The position numbers and the translations under genes are program-made. A DNA stretch of 59,679 bases from an uncultured Anaerostipes sp. (GTDB lineage: Bacteria > Bacillota > Clostridia > Lachnospirales > Lachnospiraceae): contig CAAEIR010000387.1 in the NCBI GenBank assembly GCA_900756035.1, positions 1 through 59,679 on the forward strand, given 5' to 3'. Of the stretch, positions 19,322 through 29,093 are shown piece by piece. Every line of letters starts with the position of its first letter. Within the stretch, counting starts at the first letter, position 1. The notes under the pieces are model-generated. The model was given only the letters and a program-made list of their open reading frames with translations. It had not been told where the DNA came from and searched no databases.

Positions 19322-20623
19322 TTAAATAACGTCTACATCCTCTCCGGCAAGGACGGCGTTCATATTACGGACAGAACACATCTTTCCGCACATTGTACAA
19401 GTGTCTTCTCTCTCAGGAGTTGACTCTGCACGATATCGTTTGGCTTTTTCCGGATCAAGGGCAAGTTCAAACTGCCGTTCCCAGTCAAGTTTCTGTCTGG
19501 CAGCAGCCATCTGGTTATCCCAGTCCATGGCACCTTTGATTCCCTTGGCAATATCTGCTGCATGAGCAGCAATTTTAGATGCCATGATACCCTCTTTTAC
19601 ATCATCGACATTTGGAAGACGAAGATGTTCTGCCGGGGTTACATAGCATAAGAAGCTTGCGCCGGAAGCGGCTGCAATAGCTCCTCCGATGGCAGAAGTA
19701 ATGTGATCGTATCCAGGAGCAACATCTGTAACAATTGGCCCAAGAACATAAAATGGAGCACCGTGACAGATTGTCTGCTGAATTTTCATATTAGCCTGAA
19801 TCTGATCCATCGGCATATGTCCGGGACCTTCAATCATAACCTGTACATCGCGTTTCCATGCTCTTTGTGTTAGCTCGCCCAGTGTGATAAGCTCTTCAAT
19901 CTGTGAAATATCACTGGCGTCTGCAAGGCAGCCGGGACGGCATGCATCCCCAAGACTCAGGGTCACATCGTATTCATTACAGATGTCCAGAATCTCATCG
20001 TAGTATTCAAAGAATGGATTTTCATTTCCGGTAGCTTCCATCCATGCAAAAATCAGAGATCCACCGCGGGATACAATGTTCATTTTGCGTTTCATTGCTT
20101 TAAAACGATCGGCTGTATTGCGGTTGATTCCACAGTGGATCGTCATAAAGTCAACACCGTCTTCCGCATGCATTCGAAAAATATCAATCCACTCTCGGGA
20201 TGTAATAGATTTCAGTGCTTTATTGTAGTAGACAATTGCATCGTAGATCGGTACGGTTCCAAGGATTGCAGGGCATTCTGCTACAAGTTTCTTACGGAAT
20301 GTATGAGTATCTCCGAAAGAGGACAAATCCATAATAGCCTCTGCACCCATATCAACGGCGCTCTTTACTTTTTTCATTTCAACATCCAGATCAAGACAGT
20401 CTCTGGATGTTCCCAGATTCACATTAATCTTTGTTTTTAAAGAGTTCCCGATTCCGAAAGGTTTTAGACAAGTGTGATTTTTATTGGCAGGAATTACGAC
20501 GGTTCCCACTGCAACTTCTTTCATAAGTTCCTGCGGATCAATTCCCTCGTAGGAAGCAACAGCTTCCATTTCTTTTGTAATAATTCCCTGTCGTGCTGCA
20601 TTCATTTGTGTTGTGTAAGTCAT
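19322..20623 (-). CDS. thiC: Phosphomethylpyrimidine synthase
   Basis: [37 protein letters not shown] 20623 with GGAGGT RBS. Confidence 0.96.
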   Translation of the reverse strand: MTYTTQMNAARQGIITKEMEAVASYEGIDPQELMKEVAVGTVVIPANKNHTCLKPFGIGNSLKTKINVNLGTSRDCLDLDVEMKKVKSAVDMGAEAIMDLSSFGDTHTFRKKLVAECPAILGTVPIYDAIVYYNKALKSITSREWIDIFRMHAEDGVDFMTIHCGINRNTADRFKAMKRKMNIVSRGGSLIFAWMEATGNENPFFEYYDEILDICNEYDVTLSLGDACRPGCLADASDISQIEELITLGELTQRAWKRDVQVMIEGPGHMPMDQIQANMKIQQTICHGAPFYVLGPIVTDVAPGYDHITSAIGGAIAAASGASFLCYVTPAEHLRLPNVDDVKEGIMASKIAAHAADIAKGIKGAMDWDNQMAAARQKLDWERQFELALDPEKAKRYRAESTPEREDTCTMCGKMCSVRNMNAVLAGEDVDVI

Positions 20624-20677
20624 AATATTAACCTCCAAAATATAAATATTCTGGGAGACTCTTTATATTCAAAGCAT

Positions 20678-20775
20678 CCAAATCCCTACGGCGGCATTAC
20701 CCGCATCAGGTCCATGGTCGAAGTTTTCACTTCCTCTCAGCTAAGGATATTACCTTTTAAGCTCCCATTTTAGTT
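20678..20775 (-). ncRNA. TPP riboswitch
   Basis: Minus strand GGGAGC...GCTGAGAG...GACC..GGACCTGATGCGGGTAATGCCGCCGTAGGGA, upstream of thiC. Confidence 0.93.
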
Positions 20776-20927
20776 ACCACAACATTGTATCATCGAAAAT
20801 ACACATTCGCAACTAAATAAGTCAAATTTAATGGGCTGTGCAGGAAGATCTTCATTTTTGTTTTACAAGATTCTTTGGCAGTGCTATAATTGTGAAAGGA
20901 AAATAGCAGCATGTTATAAGGTGAGAT

Positions 20928-21965
20928 ATGGTGAAAAAAAAGGAAAAAAAAAGCAAGAAAACTACAATGGCAGATGTAGCCGCAGCAGTTGGAGTATCTA
21001 AGACAACGGTTTCCAGATATCTTCATGGAGACTATGAATTTATGTCGGAAGAAACAAGAAAAAAGATAGAGACAGTGATTGAAGATTTGAATTACAGACC
21101 CAATCGTGCTGCACAAAATTTGAAATCCGATAAATCAAACTGTATCGGACTGACCATAGCAGATATCGGAAACCCATTTTCGTCGCTGCTGATTAAAGGT
21201 GTTCAGTCAGAATGCAGAAAGCGCGGATGCCAGCTTTTAATTGCCGATGCGGATAATAGCATTATTCAGGAAAATAAAAATATTGAATCATTTTTTAATG
21301 AGCAGACAGATGGAATGATCATTAACTCTGTGGGAAATAATCAGGAATTTATTCAGAAAACCTGCCGGTCAGAAGAAAACAAACCGATCATTTTACTGGA
21401 CCGTACATATCATCCGGTTTTTTGCGACAGTGTTGTCACCAATAATGAAGATATAAGTATGGAAATGCTCAAAGAACTGGAAGAGCAGGGCTGGGAATAT
21501 ATTGTATTTATCAGTGAGCCTACAGAGGGAATCAGCACCAGAGAGTCACGAAGAAAGACAGTGGAAGAATTTCTTTCTGAAGGCAATGAAAGAAAGGGTA
21601 AGATTCTTATTTTGGGGCAAGAAGAAAAGTTGGATGTGATGGCGATGTTTGCAGATATTATTAACAATCATCCGCGAACATGCTTTTTTGCAAACAATGA
21701 TGAGGTATTGCGAAAAATTATTTCTTATTTATATCATATGGAACAGGAAATAGGAAAAGATGTTGGAATTTGTGGTTTTGCCGATGAGAAATGGGCAAAG
21801 TACAGCGGTCCCGGAATTACATGTATCGAACAGCATCCGTTTCAAATGGGACAAACAGCAGCTGCACTGCTGTTTGAGAGGATCGATGAGAAAGCGGAGA
21901 AGGATGTTGTGTATCAGGAAATCAAAGCAGATATATGCAGATATAATTCCACACATTTAAAATAA
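20928..21965 (+). CDS. LacI-family regulator (PtxS/KdgR-like)
   Basis: TMADVAAAVGVSKTTVSR HTH; YRPN; IADIGNPFS. Confidence 0.92.
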   Translation: MVKKKEKKSKKTTMADVAAAVGVSKTTVSRYLHGDYEFMSEETRKKIETVIEDLNYRPNRAAQNLKSDKSNCIGLTIADIGNPFSSLLIKGVQSECRKRGCQLLIADADNSIIQENKNIESFFNEQTDGMIINSVGNNQEFIQKTCRSEENKPIILLDRTYHPVFCDSVVTNNEDISMEMLKELEEQGWEYIVFISEPTEGISTRESRRKTVEEFLSEGNERKGKILILGQEEKLDVMAMFADIINNHPRTCFFANNDEVLRKIISYLYHMEQEIGKDVGICGFADEKWAKYSGPGITCIEQHPFQMGQTAAALLFERIDEKAEKDVVYQEIKADICRYNSTHLK

Positions 21966-22057
21966 ATAAGAGAATAGACAAAAGGGAAGCAGAGATTTCT
22001 GTTTCTTTTTTTATACCATAGGAAAGTTCCCCAAAGATTGAGGGATAGAGGGAGTTT

Positions 22058-22081
22058 GATGCGGACTTATCCGCTTTGTCC
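22058..22081. repeat. 24-bp REP-like repeat copy 1
   Basis: GATGCGGACTTATCCGCTTTGTCC; 23/24 identical to 39403-39426; GCGGA/TCCGC hairpin. Confidence 0.7.
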
Positions 22082-22178
22082 TTTGTAATAGCGAGGAGTC
22101 AAAGTCAGGAGTTGCTGGTAAAAATGTATAAAAAGTAAGTAAAAAATTGTGGAATATGCCAAAGTTGAAAAAGATATA

Positions 22179-22207
22179 TTGACAAAAATGCAAGATGGAA
22201 TTATTAT
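22179..22207 (+). promoter_or_regulatory. sigma-A promoter of EIIC-kinase-HPS/PHI operon
   Basis: TTGACA-N17-TATTAT. Confidence 0.7.
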
Positions 22208-22217
22208 AAAACCATCT

Positions 22218-22259
22218 TAGTTAACCGATAAACTAAAACGATAAACGGAAACGATACAC
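22218..22259. promoter_or_regulatory. LacI-type operator plus tandem degenerate copies
   Basis: TAGTTAACCGATAAACTA imperfect palindrome with central CG; AAMCGATAMAC three times at 13-bp period. Confidence 0.6.
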
Positions 22260-22324
22260 AATCGAAACAAAAAGTTCATAAACCACTGCTGATGTGTGGA
22301 GCAATGAAAGAATATGGAGGAAAA

Positions 22325-23380
22325 ATGATGGGTGAAACAAAAAAGAAAAGTGTTGGAAGCGTTTTATATGATGATGTGATGGGAGGGCTTCGGCCGATGA
22401 TTCCGTTTGTAGCAGGCGGCGGAATCTTAATGGCATTATCGTTTATGTTTGGGATGAGGATCGGAGATGATTCGGTAAATCAGTTTGCAAAAATTCTCTA
22501 TGAAATAGGGCATGAAAATGCAATGCTCTTAATGGTTCCTATTTTTGCGGGATTTATCGCTCATACCATTGCAGGACAGGATGCACTGGCGCCGGGAATG
22601 ATTGGCGGAATGATTGCAAAAAGTACCGGGAGCGGATTTGTCGGAGGAATTGCCGCAGGTTTCCTGGCAGGATATCTTGTGAAATTACTGAACAAATTGT
22701 TAAGCAATTTTCCGGAAGATTTTCAAAGTATTAAAAAGCTTTTAATTATACCGGTGATTAGCACCTTTGTGATTGGGATCGTGATGCTTTGTGCCATTTC
22801 AATTCCGATGTCATGGCTGAATGAGGGATTAACGGGATTTATTGATGGTCTTGGAACACAGAACTTAGTATTGACAGGTATGGTGATCGGCGGGATGATG
22901 GCAGTCGACCTTGGAGGTCCGATTAATAAAGTAGCTTATACATTTGCGGTAGCAGCAATCAGCAATGGAAATTATTATCCAATGGCGGCAGCCATGGTAG
23001 GAGGAGTTGTGCCTCCTTTAGGGGTCGCACTTGCAACATCACTGTTTAAAAAGAAATTTACAAAAGATCAGCAGATTCAGGGAAAAACATATTACTTATT
23101 AGGAGCAAGCTTTATTACAGAAAGCTGTATGCCGATAGCTTTAACAGACCCAATCCGCATGATCCCGGCAGGAATTATCGGTTCTGCTGTTGCGGGAGGC
23201 CTGGCAATGCTGTTTCAGATTTCCCTTCCGGCGCCTCATGGAGGAATTTTTGTAACACCGGTTGTAGAAGGGGCATTTACACAGAAATTATGGTATTTGG
23301 CTGCCATTGCAATCGGAATGATAGTTTCGGCATTGATTATAGGATTTACAAGAAAACCAATGGAAAAAACGGAGGCATAA
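22325..23380 (+). CDS. Stand-alone PTS fructose-family EIIC
   Basis: MIPFVAGGG, DLGGPINKVAY, PPLG, FITE, APHGG; no EIIB/EIIA domain; GGAGG RBS. Confidence 0.88.
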   Translation: MMGETKKKSVGSVLYDDVMGGLRPMIPFVAGGGILMALSFMFGMRIGDDSVNQFAKILYEIGHENAMLLMVPIFAGFIAHTIAGQDALAPGMIGGMIAKSTGSGFVGGIAAGFLAGYLVKLLNKLLSNFPEDFQSIKKLLIIPVISTFVIGIVMLCAISIPMSWLNEGLTGFIDGLGTQNLVLTGMVIGGMMAVDLGGPINKVAYTFAVAAISNGNYYPMAAAMVGGVVPPLGVALATSLFKKKFTKDQQIQGKTYYLLGASFITESCMPIALTDPIRMIPAGIIGSAVAGGLAMLFQISLPAPHGGIFVTPVVEGAFTQKLWYLAAIAIGMIVSALIIGFTRKPMEKTEA

Positions 23381-23381
23381 C

Positions 23382-24119
23382 ATGAGACAGGAATTAGGAA
23401 TCAATCTTTTAGTATATAAAGAAAAATTAGATAAAGGAATCATGCAGAGCAGTCTGCTGAGAGAAATAAAGGAGCAGGGTATTTCGCTGGCGGAAGTCCG
23501 CAGAGAGTACATTTTAGATGAAGAAGAACTTATAGCAATTAGAAACGAGGCAGAGAACTTGCAGATGGATTTATGCTATTCGGTTCCGGAGAAAATTGTA
23601 GAAGATAATATGCCAAATCAACAGTTGGAGATATATCTGAAAGAAGCAGAAAAAATGAACGCAAAGAATGTAAAATTCAATATTGGAACTCTGTATAAGG
23701 CAACGGATTCCTGTGGAAAATGTCTGGCGGAAATTCTAAAAAAATATTATATGACAGTTACCATTGAAAATGATCAGACAGAAGAAAACGGAACTTTGCA
23801 GTGCACTAAAGAAACTTTGCAGATAATTGAACAGCTTGAATTGCCGATAGGCTATACGATGGATCTTGGAAACTGGTATTGGCAGAAAGAAGATCCCACT
23901 CAGGCATTTGACCAGTTAAAAGAGAAAATTTCTGTTTTCCATTTGAAAAATATTGATTTTAAAGATGATATACCGAGAACTGTGATGGTAGAGGAAGGGA
24001 AAATTCCATGGGAATCTATGATTCGTGAATTGAATTCCGATGTAAAAATATTTTTAGAATACCCGATATTAGCTAAGAATATTGCAAAACAAATAGAAGT
24101 CGTGAGAGAAACAGCGTAA
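23382..24119 (+). CDS. Sugar phosphate isomerase/epimerase, TIM barrel (KguE-like)
   Basis: EVRRE, YSVP, IENDQT, DLGNW, HLK, LEYP. Confidence 0.75.
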   Translation: MRQELGINLLVYKEKLDKGIMQSSLLREIKEQGISLAEVRREYILDEEELIAIRNEAENLQMDLCYSVPEKIVEDNMPNQQLEIYLKEAEKMNAKNVKFNIGTLYKATDSCGKCLAEILKKYYMTVTIENDQTEENGTLQCTKETLQIIEQLELPIGYTMDLGNWYWQKEDPTQAFDQLKEKISVFHLKNIDFKDDIPRTVMVEEGKIPWESMIRELNSDVKIFLEYPILAKNIAKQIEVVRETA

Positions 24120-24131
24120 AGGAGAAAAATA

Positions 24132-25094
24132 ATGTGTGAAGTATTAACAATCGGTGAACCTATGGTTATGTTTTTGGCAGATACGAAAGAGCCGTTAAGT
24201 CAGGTAAATCATTTTACTAAGATGATTGCAGGAGCAGAACTGAATGTGGCAATGGGACTGGCAAGACTGGGACATAGCGTTGCCTATATGACTCAGGTTG
24301 GAAATGACCCGTTTGGGGAGTATATCAAAGATTTCTTAAAAAAAGAACAAATTGATGACAGTTATGTGACAATGACTTCTGAAGCACCAACGGGGTTTCA
24401 GATTAAAAATCAGGTGGATGAAGGAGATCCGGAAGTGATCTATTTCAGAAAAGGTTCTGCGGCTTCGAAAGCAACAAAAGATTTGTTGCGAGATGCAGAT
24501 TTTCACGGAAGCAAGATTCTCCATGTGACAGGAATTTTCCCGGCACTGAATGAGCAGACACGAGAAATGACAAAAGAATTTATTCGTATGGCACATGAAA
24601 AAGGTTTGCTGGTAACGTTTGATCCGAATCCACGTCCGGTATTGTGGGACAGCGAAGAACAAATGATACAGGAGACAAATAAGATTGCATGTATGTGCGA
24701 TGTAGTCATGCCGGGATTCCGGGAGGGAAAACTGTTTACAGGACTTCAGACAAAAGAAGAAATTGCGGATTATTACTTAAATCAGGGAGTAAAAAAAGTA
24801 ATTATAAAACTGGGAACATCCGGTTCTTATTCTAAAGAACGCTTAGAGGACGGAACTTATCAGGAAAGTGAGGAAGTATGCTTTAAAGTTCCGGTTGTAG
24901 ACACAGTGGGAGCAGGTGATGGATTTGCTGCCGGAGTTATTTCAGCGGCTTTAGAAGGTCTGGATAATCAGAAAATCTTAGAACGGGGAAATGCAATCGG
25001 AGCAATGCAGGTGATGAATTTAAGTGATAATGAAGGACTGCCGACTGTTAGCAAACTAAATGAATTTTTAAAGACATATCAAAAGAAAAAATAG
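24132..25094 (+). CDS. PfkB sugar kinase (2-ketogluconate/KDG kinase-like)
   Basis: GEPM, AGAELNVA, YFRKGSAAS, FDPNPR, DTVGAGDGF, GNAIGA. Confidence 0.88.
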   Translation: MCEVLTIGEPMVMFLADTKEPLSQVNHFTKMIAGAELNVAMGLARLGHSVAYMTQVGNDPFGEYIKDFLKKEQIDDSYVTMTSEAPTGFQIKNQVDEGDPEVIYFRKGSAASKATKDLLRDADFHGSKILHVTGIFPALNEQTREMTKEFIRMAHEKGLLVTFDPNPRPVLWDSEEQMIQETNKIACMCDVVMPGFREGKLFTGLQTKEEIADYYLNQGVKKVIIKLGTSGSYSKERLEDGTYQESEEVCFKVPVVDTVGAGDGFAAGVISAALEGLDNQKILERGNAIGAMQVMNLSDNEGLPTVSKLNEFLKTYQKKK

Positions 25095-25102
25095 GAGAGA
25101 TT

Positions 25103-25723
25103 ATGAAATTACAAACAGCGATTGATCGAGTATCCCTTTCAGAAGCAGAAGAAATGGTAAAAAAATTTGCGGGCAAGACAGATATCATTGAAATCGGAAC
25201 ATCTCTGGTTAAGGATTATGGATTGTTTTCTTTAAAAAAGCTCAATGAATTGAAACAGGATACATTATTATTAGCAGATTTAAAGACATGTGATGAAGGG
25301 GCATATGAATTTCGGCAGGGATATGAGCAGGGATTTGATATTTTAACAGTGATGGGAAGTTCTTCCAGAGAAACTTTGGAAAAATGCTATGAAGTCAGTG
25401 AAGCTTACGGAAAAACCATGCTGATTGATTTACTGGAGTGCTCTCAAGAAAAAATAGCAGAAATAGCAGATTTCGAAAATGCAGTATACTGTCTGCATAC
25501 GTCGGTTGACAAAAGCGGTGAGACAAATCCGCTGAAGGACATTAAAAAATTTAAAAAAGCATTCCCAAATGTAAAACGAATTTCAGCGGCAGGAGGAATT
25601 ACATTAGAAACCTGCAAAGAACTTTCCAGGGAAGAAATTGAATGGGTAATTGTAGGTTCTGCAATTATAAAGGCTGAAGATATGGAACAGGCATTAAAGG
25701 AATTTAAGGAGGAATTAGCATGA
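25103..25723 (+). CDS. 3-hexulose-6-phosphate synthase / 3-keto-gulonate-6-P decarboxylase family (OMPDC fold)
   Basis: MKLQTAID, EIGT, DLKTCD, LHTSVD, AGGI, VGSAI. Confidence 0.85.
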   Translation: MKLQTAIDRVSLSEAEEMVKKFAGKTDIIEIGTSLVKDYGLFSLKKLNELKQDTLLLADLKTCDEGAYEFRQGYEQGFDILTVMGSSSRETLEKCYEVSEAYGKTMLIDLLECSQEKIAEIADFENAVYCLHTSVDKSGETNPLKDIKKFKKAFPNVKRISAAGGITLETCKELSREEIEWVIVGSAIIKAEDMEQALKEFKEELA

Positions 25724-26262
25724 GATTAATTGATGAAATTATGAATGAAGTGAAAGACGTTATGGATAAGTTTGATGAGCAGCAGTTGGAAAAAGCCATG
25801 GATTTGCTGAAAAAGGATACACCCGTCTTCGTGGATGGAGAAGGAAGAAGCGGGTTCCAGGCACGGGGACTTGCCATGCGTCTGATGCACATCGGATACA
25901 CACCGTATGTTATGGGAGAGACGATTACGCCGGCACTAAAAGAAAATCAGGTTTATTTGGCAATTTCCGGATCAGGTACCACGAAAAACACGGTGAACAA
26001 TACAAAGGCGGCAAAAAAATTGGGATTAAAAGTTATTGCGGTGACCAGTAAGGAAGAATCCGAATTGGCTCAAATGGCAGATTGTGTGATTAAAGTTCCG
26101 GGAAGAGTGAAAGGGGATAAAAAGACAGCGTCCATTCAACTGTTAAGTTCTTTGTTTGATCAATCTGTACATATTGTGTTAGATGAGTTATGTCTGATGT
26201 TAAGCCGCAGAGATCATGTATCTGATGAAATGGCGGCAGGGAATCATGTGAATGTGGAATAA
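25720..26262 (+). CDS. 6-phospho-3-hexuloisomerase family SIS protein
   Basis: GEGRSG, AMRLMHIG, GETITP, SGSGTT, C-terminal HVNVE. Confidence 0.87.
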   Translation: MRLIDEIMNEVKDVMDKFDEQQLEKAMDLLKKDTPVFVDGEGRSGFQARGLAMRLMHIGYTPYVMGETITPALKENQVYLAISGSGTTKNTVNNTKAAKKLGLKVIAVTSKEESELAQMADCVIKVPGRVKGDKKTASIQLLSSLFDQSVHIVLDELCLMLSRRDHVSDEMAAGNHVNVE

Positions 26263-26282
26263 TAATTAATAAAAATTTAGAG

Positions 26283-26336
26283 ATACCCTCTGAAGTCTTA
26301 TGTTGAAAGACCCAGAGGGTGTTTTCGTGTTTTTTC
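26283..26336 (+). terminator. Intrinsic terminator
   Basis: ATACCCTCTG...CAGAGGGTGT with T-rich tail. Confidence 0.7.
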
Positions 26337-26459
26337 GGGTAAAATTCAGGCCGTGGTTCCCAAAATATATATTACAGATGAAATAAAACATAAATAGTAT
26401 TTTAAATCCTAAAAACGTGCTATAATGTGAACCTAAGGGAAAACTGAAGGAGAGAAAGA

Positions 26460-27296
26460 ATGCCAAGTTTAATTTTAGAAGGAGGAACCTTCCGACCGAT
26501 TTTCAGTGCCGGTGTTTTAGATGCCTTATTAGATGAAGATATTATGTTTCCTTATGTAATCGGCGTATCAGCCGGGATCTGCGATGGATTTTCTTATGTA
26601 TCCAAACAGAAAGGAAGAAATCTTCAAATGTTAATGAACCATCGAAATGATCCGAGATATGTAGGAAAAAGAAATTTTCTGAAAGAGAAGAGTCTGTTTG
26701 GACTGGACTTTGTCTATAATGTTATGCCGAATAAATTATATCCGTTCGATTGGAACACTTTTTATAATTTCAAAGGAAAAGTTTTGGTGGGGGTTACGAA
26801 CGCAAGGACAGGACAAATTGAATATAAAGATGGCCATAAGGTGGATAAGAAGTGTACAATGCTTCGCGCGACTTGTGCGCTGCCACTGATTTTTCCACCG
26901 ATTTTTATGAATGGAATTCCATATTTTGACGGAGGTGTGTCAGATCCGATTCCTGTCAGGAAAGCAATTCGTGACGGTGTGCAGAAGCATTTGATTGTCC
27001 TGACTCAGCCAAAAGGTTATCGGAAAAAATTGAGTAAAAGTAATCGGGCGGCTGCGATTGCATTTCGCAGGAAGTATCCGAGACTTTCTGAGAGACTTAT
27101 GATGCGTCACAGAAATTATAATTATACGGTTAAATTTTGCGAACGTTTGGAACGTGAGGGCAAAGCCGTGATTTTGAGACCGGAATATGCCGTTGACAGC
27201 TTAGAAAAAGATATTGATGTATTAAAGACCACCTATGATATGGGATACCGCACGGCAAAAGAACAAATTCATAAAATCAGACGACTGTTTGAGTGA
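26460..27296 (+). CDS. Patatin-like phospholipase
   Basis: LEGG, GVSAG, DGG. Confidence 0.9.
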   Translation: MPSLILEGGTFRPIFSAGVLDALLDEDIMFPYVIGVSAGICDGFSYVSKQKGRNLQMLMNHRNDPRYVGKRNFLKEKSLFGLDFVYNVMPNKLYPFDWNTFYNFKGKVLVGVTNARTGQIEYKDGHKVDKKCTMLRATCALPLIFPPIFMNGIPYFDGGVSDPIPVRKAIRDGVQKHLIVLTQPKGYRKKLSKSNRAAAIAFRRKYPRLSERLMMRHRNYNYTVKFCERLEREGKAVILRPEYAVDSLEKDIDVLKTTYDMGYRTAKEQIHKIRRLFE

Positions 27297-27346
27297 TTTA
27301 TGTGATATAATTAGAATAGAAACTTATAAAGTCCTGCAGAAAAGAG

Positions 27347-28381
27347 GTGACAGCAGTGGCAAAGATACTGGTTTCAAAGCGGAATTACATAGATGAATTG
27401 GCAACGAATCAGACCAGGAATCTTATGGTGATATGTGAGCGCCTGTTTTTGGACTTTGAGGACAAAGATGAGCCCGTGCAGATGGCGGTAAGAATTGCAG
27501 AAAAACTTGTAGATGAACCGGAATTAATCGGAAAGATGGTGCAGAAGGATGCGATTGGGTTATTAGTCCGGCTGTGGACCATGGAAGGTGAGAGCTTTGC
27601 TGCGGAATTACATTCGGGAGAATTGCAGCAGCTTCATTATCTTGGGTTTTTATCAGTGGAGGAGGACTCCCTGATGGTAAATATGGAAGCAAAAGATCTG
27701 TTTTTCTTTGTTTTAAAAAGCCGGAAGTTAAAGCCGGTTATGGAAAAGTACACCATCTGGGAGAGAATTATTTTCGGGATGTTGTTTCTTTACGGAATTC
27801 TTGATGTATATGCCTGTTATGGAATTTTTAAAAATATTACAAAAGACGAAGTTGCTTATCAGGAGTTGGAAGAATTTCTGATGCTGCGTATGATTTTTTG
27901 GAGAGCGGGATTATTGCTGCGCAATCAACAGGATATGCGTTTGTTTATGTCCAGCCGGGAAGTTATGGATCGGAACAGGGTTTTCGATCAGTGGAACCGG
28001 CACAGAGAGCTGTCATTGAAAGAATGTACGCAGGATCAGTATATAGAGCTTGCCATGGGCAATGGAGTAATTGGCTGGGAAGGAATTCCGGAGCTATTTA
28101 CTTTTGTTCAGGAAGAGATTGAGGATGACCGATATAAAGCAATGATGATAATAAAGTCTATTGTGTTGATGATTCAGAATGGAATGCCTTATCTGGATAT
28201 TATTTTGCAGTATACGAAGCTTCTTGAAGAGGAATCTCAGGAACAACAAAAAGAGCTGAATCGATTGATTCGTAAGGTTTTTGATACAGTTCCTGTGTTT
28301 GGACAGAAAGGATATACAAGGGAAGAATTACATCAGAAACAGGGAAACAGGTTTCAGGTAATTGATGGAGGAAAGCGTTAA
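27347..28381 (+). CDS. Conserved hypothetical protein
   Basis: 344-aa ORF in apparent operon; no motif recognised. Confidence 0.65.
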   Translation: MTAVAKILVSKRNYIDELATNQTRNLMVICERLFLDFEDKDEPVQMAVRIAEKLVDEPELIGKMVQKDAIGLLVRLWTMEGESFAAELHSGELQQLHYLGFLSVEEDSLMVNMEAKDLFFFVLKSRKLKPVMEKYTIWERIIFGMLFLYGILDVYACYGIFKNITKDEVAYQELEEFLMLRMIFWRAGLLLRNQQDMRLFMSSREVMDRNRVFDQWNRHRELSLKECTQDQYIELAMGNGVIGWEGIPELFTFVQEEIEDDRYKAMMIIKSIVLMIQNGMPYLDIILQYTKLLEEESQEQQKELNRLIRKVFDTVPVFGQKGYTREELHQKQGNRFQVIDGGKR

Positions 28382-28391
28382 GGAGGAGAAG

Positions 28392-29093
28392 ATGAAGCAA
28401 TCAACAGTTTTAGTAGTCGATGATGAAAAAGAAATTGCGGATTTTATTGAGTTATATTTAAAAAATGAAAATTATAACGTATTTAAATTTTATAATGGAA
28501 CTGATGCTCTGGCATGTGTAGAACACGAGAGTATTGATCTGGCCATTTTAGATGTGATGCTTCCGGACATCGATGGATTTGAGATTTTGAAGCAGATTCG
28601 TCTTGAGCACACATTTCCGGTCATTATGCTGACAGCGAAAGTATCTTCTATGGATAAGATTAATGGATTGACGCTGGGGGCAGATGACTATATTGAGAAA
28701 CCGTTTGAACCGCTGGAACTTATGGCGAGGGTAAAAGCTCAGCTTCGCCGTTTTATACGGTATAATGACGGAGCGGGGAATAATCAGGAAGATACACAGG
28801 AGATTGCCGGGTTGATTCTTAACCGTGCAACACATCAGTGTATGTGTGGAGAGGAAGAAGTTACGCTGACACCTCTGGAATTTTCCATTCTCTGGATTTT
28901 AACAAAAAACAGAGGGAAAGTCATAAGCTCAGAAAATCTTTTTGAGCAGGTTTGGAAAGAAAAGTATTTTAAGAACAATAATAATACAGTTATGGTTCAT
29001 ATCCGGCACCTAAGAGAGAAGCTGGGGGAAGTGATGGGACATAAAGAATTGATTAAGACAGTGTGGGGAGTTGGATACAAAGTTGAGGAGTAA
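28392..29093 (+). CDS. OmpR-family response regulator, VanR-like
   Basis: VVDDEKEIAD, LDVMLP, GLTLGADDY, NNTVMVHIRHLREK, TVWGVGY; AGGAGG RBS. Confidence 0.9.
   Translation: MKQSTVLVVDDEKEIADFIELYLKNENYNVFKFYNGTDALACVEHESIDLAILDVMLPDIDGFEILKQIRLEHTFPVIMLTAKVSSMDKINGLTLGADDYIEKPFEPLELMARVKAQLRRFIRYNDGAGNNQEDTQEIAGLILNRATHQCMCGEEEVTLTPLEFSILWILTKNRGKVISSENLFEQVWKEKYFKNNNNTVMVHIRHLREKLGEVMGHKELIKTVWGVGYKVEE

Noticed and set aside
25103..26262. Methylotrophy (RuMP formaldehyde fixation)
   Set aside because: No C1-oxidation genes; the context is a sugar-acid-type operon, so hxlA/hxlB symbols were withheld.
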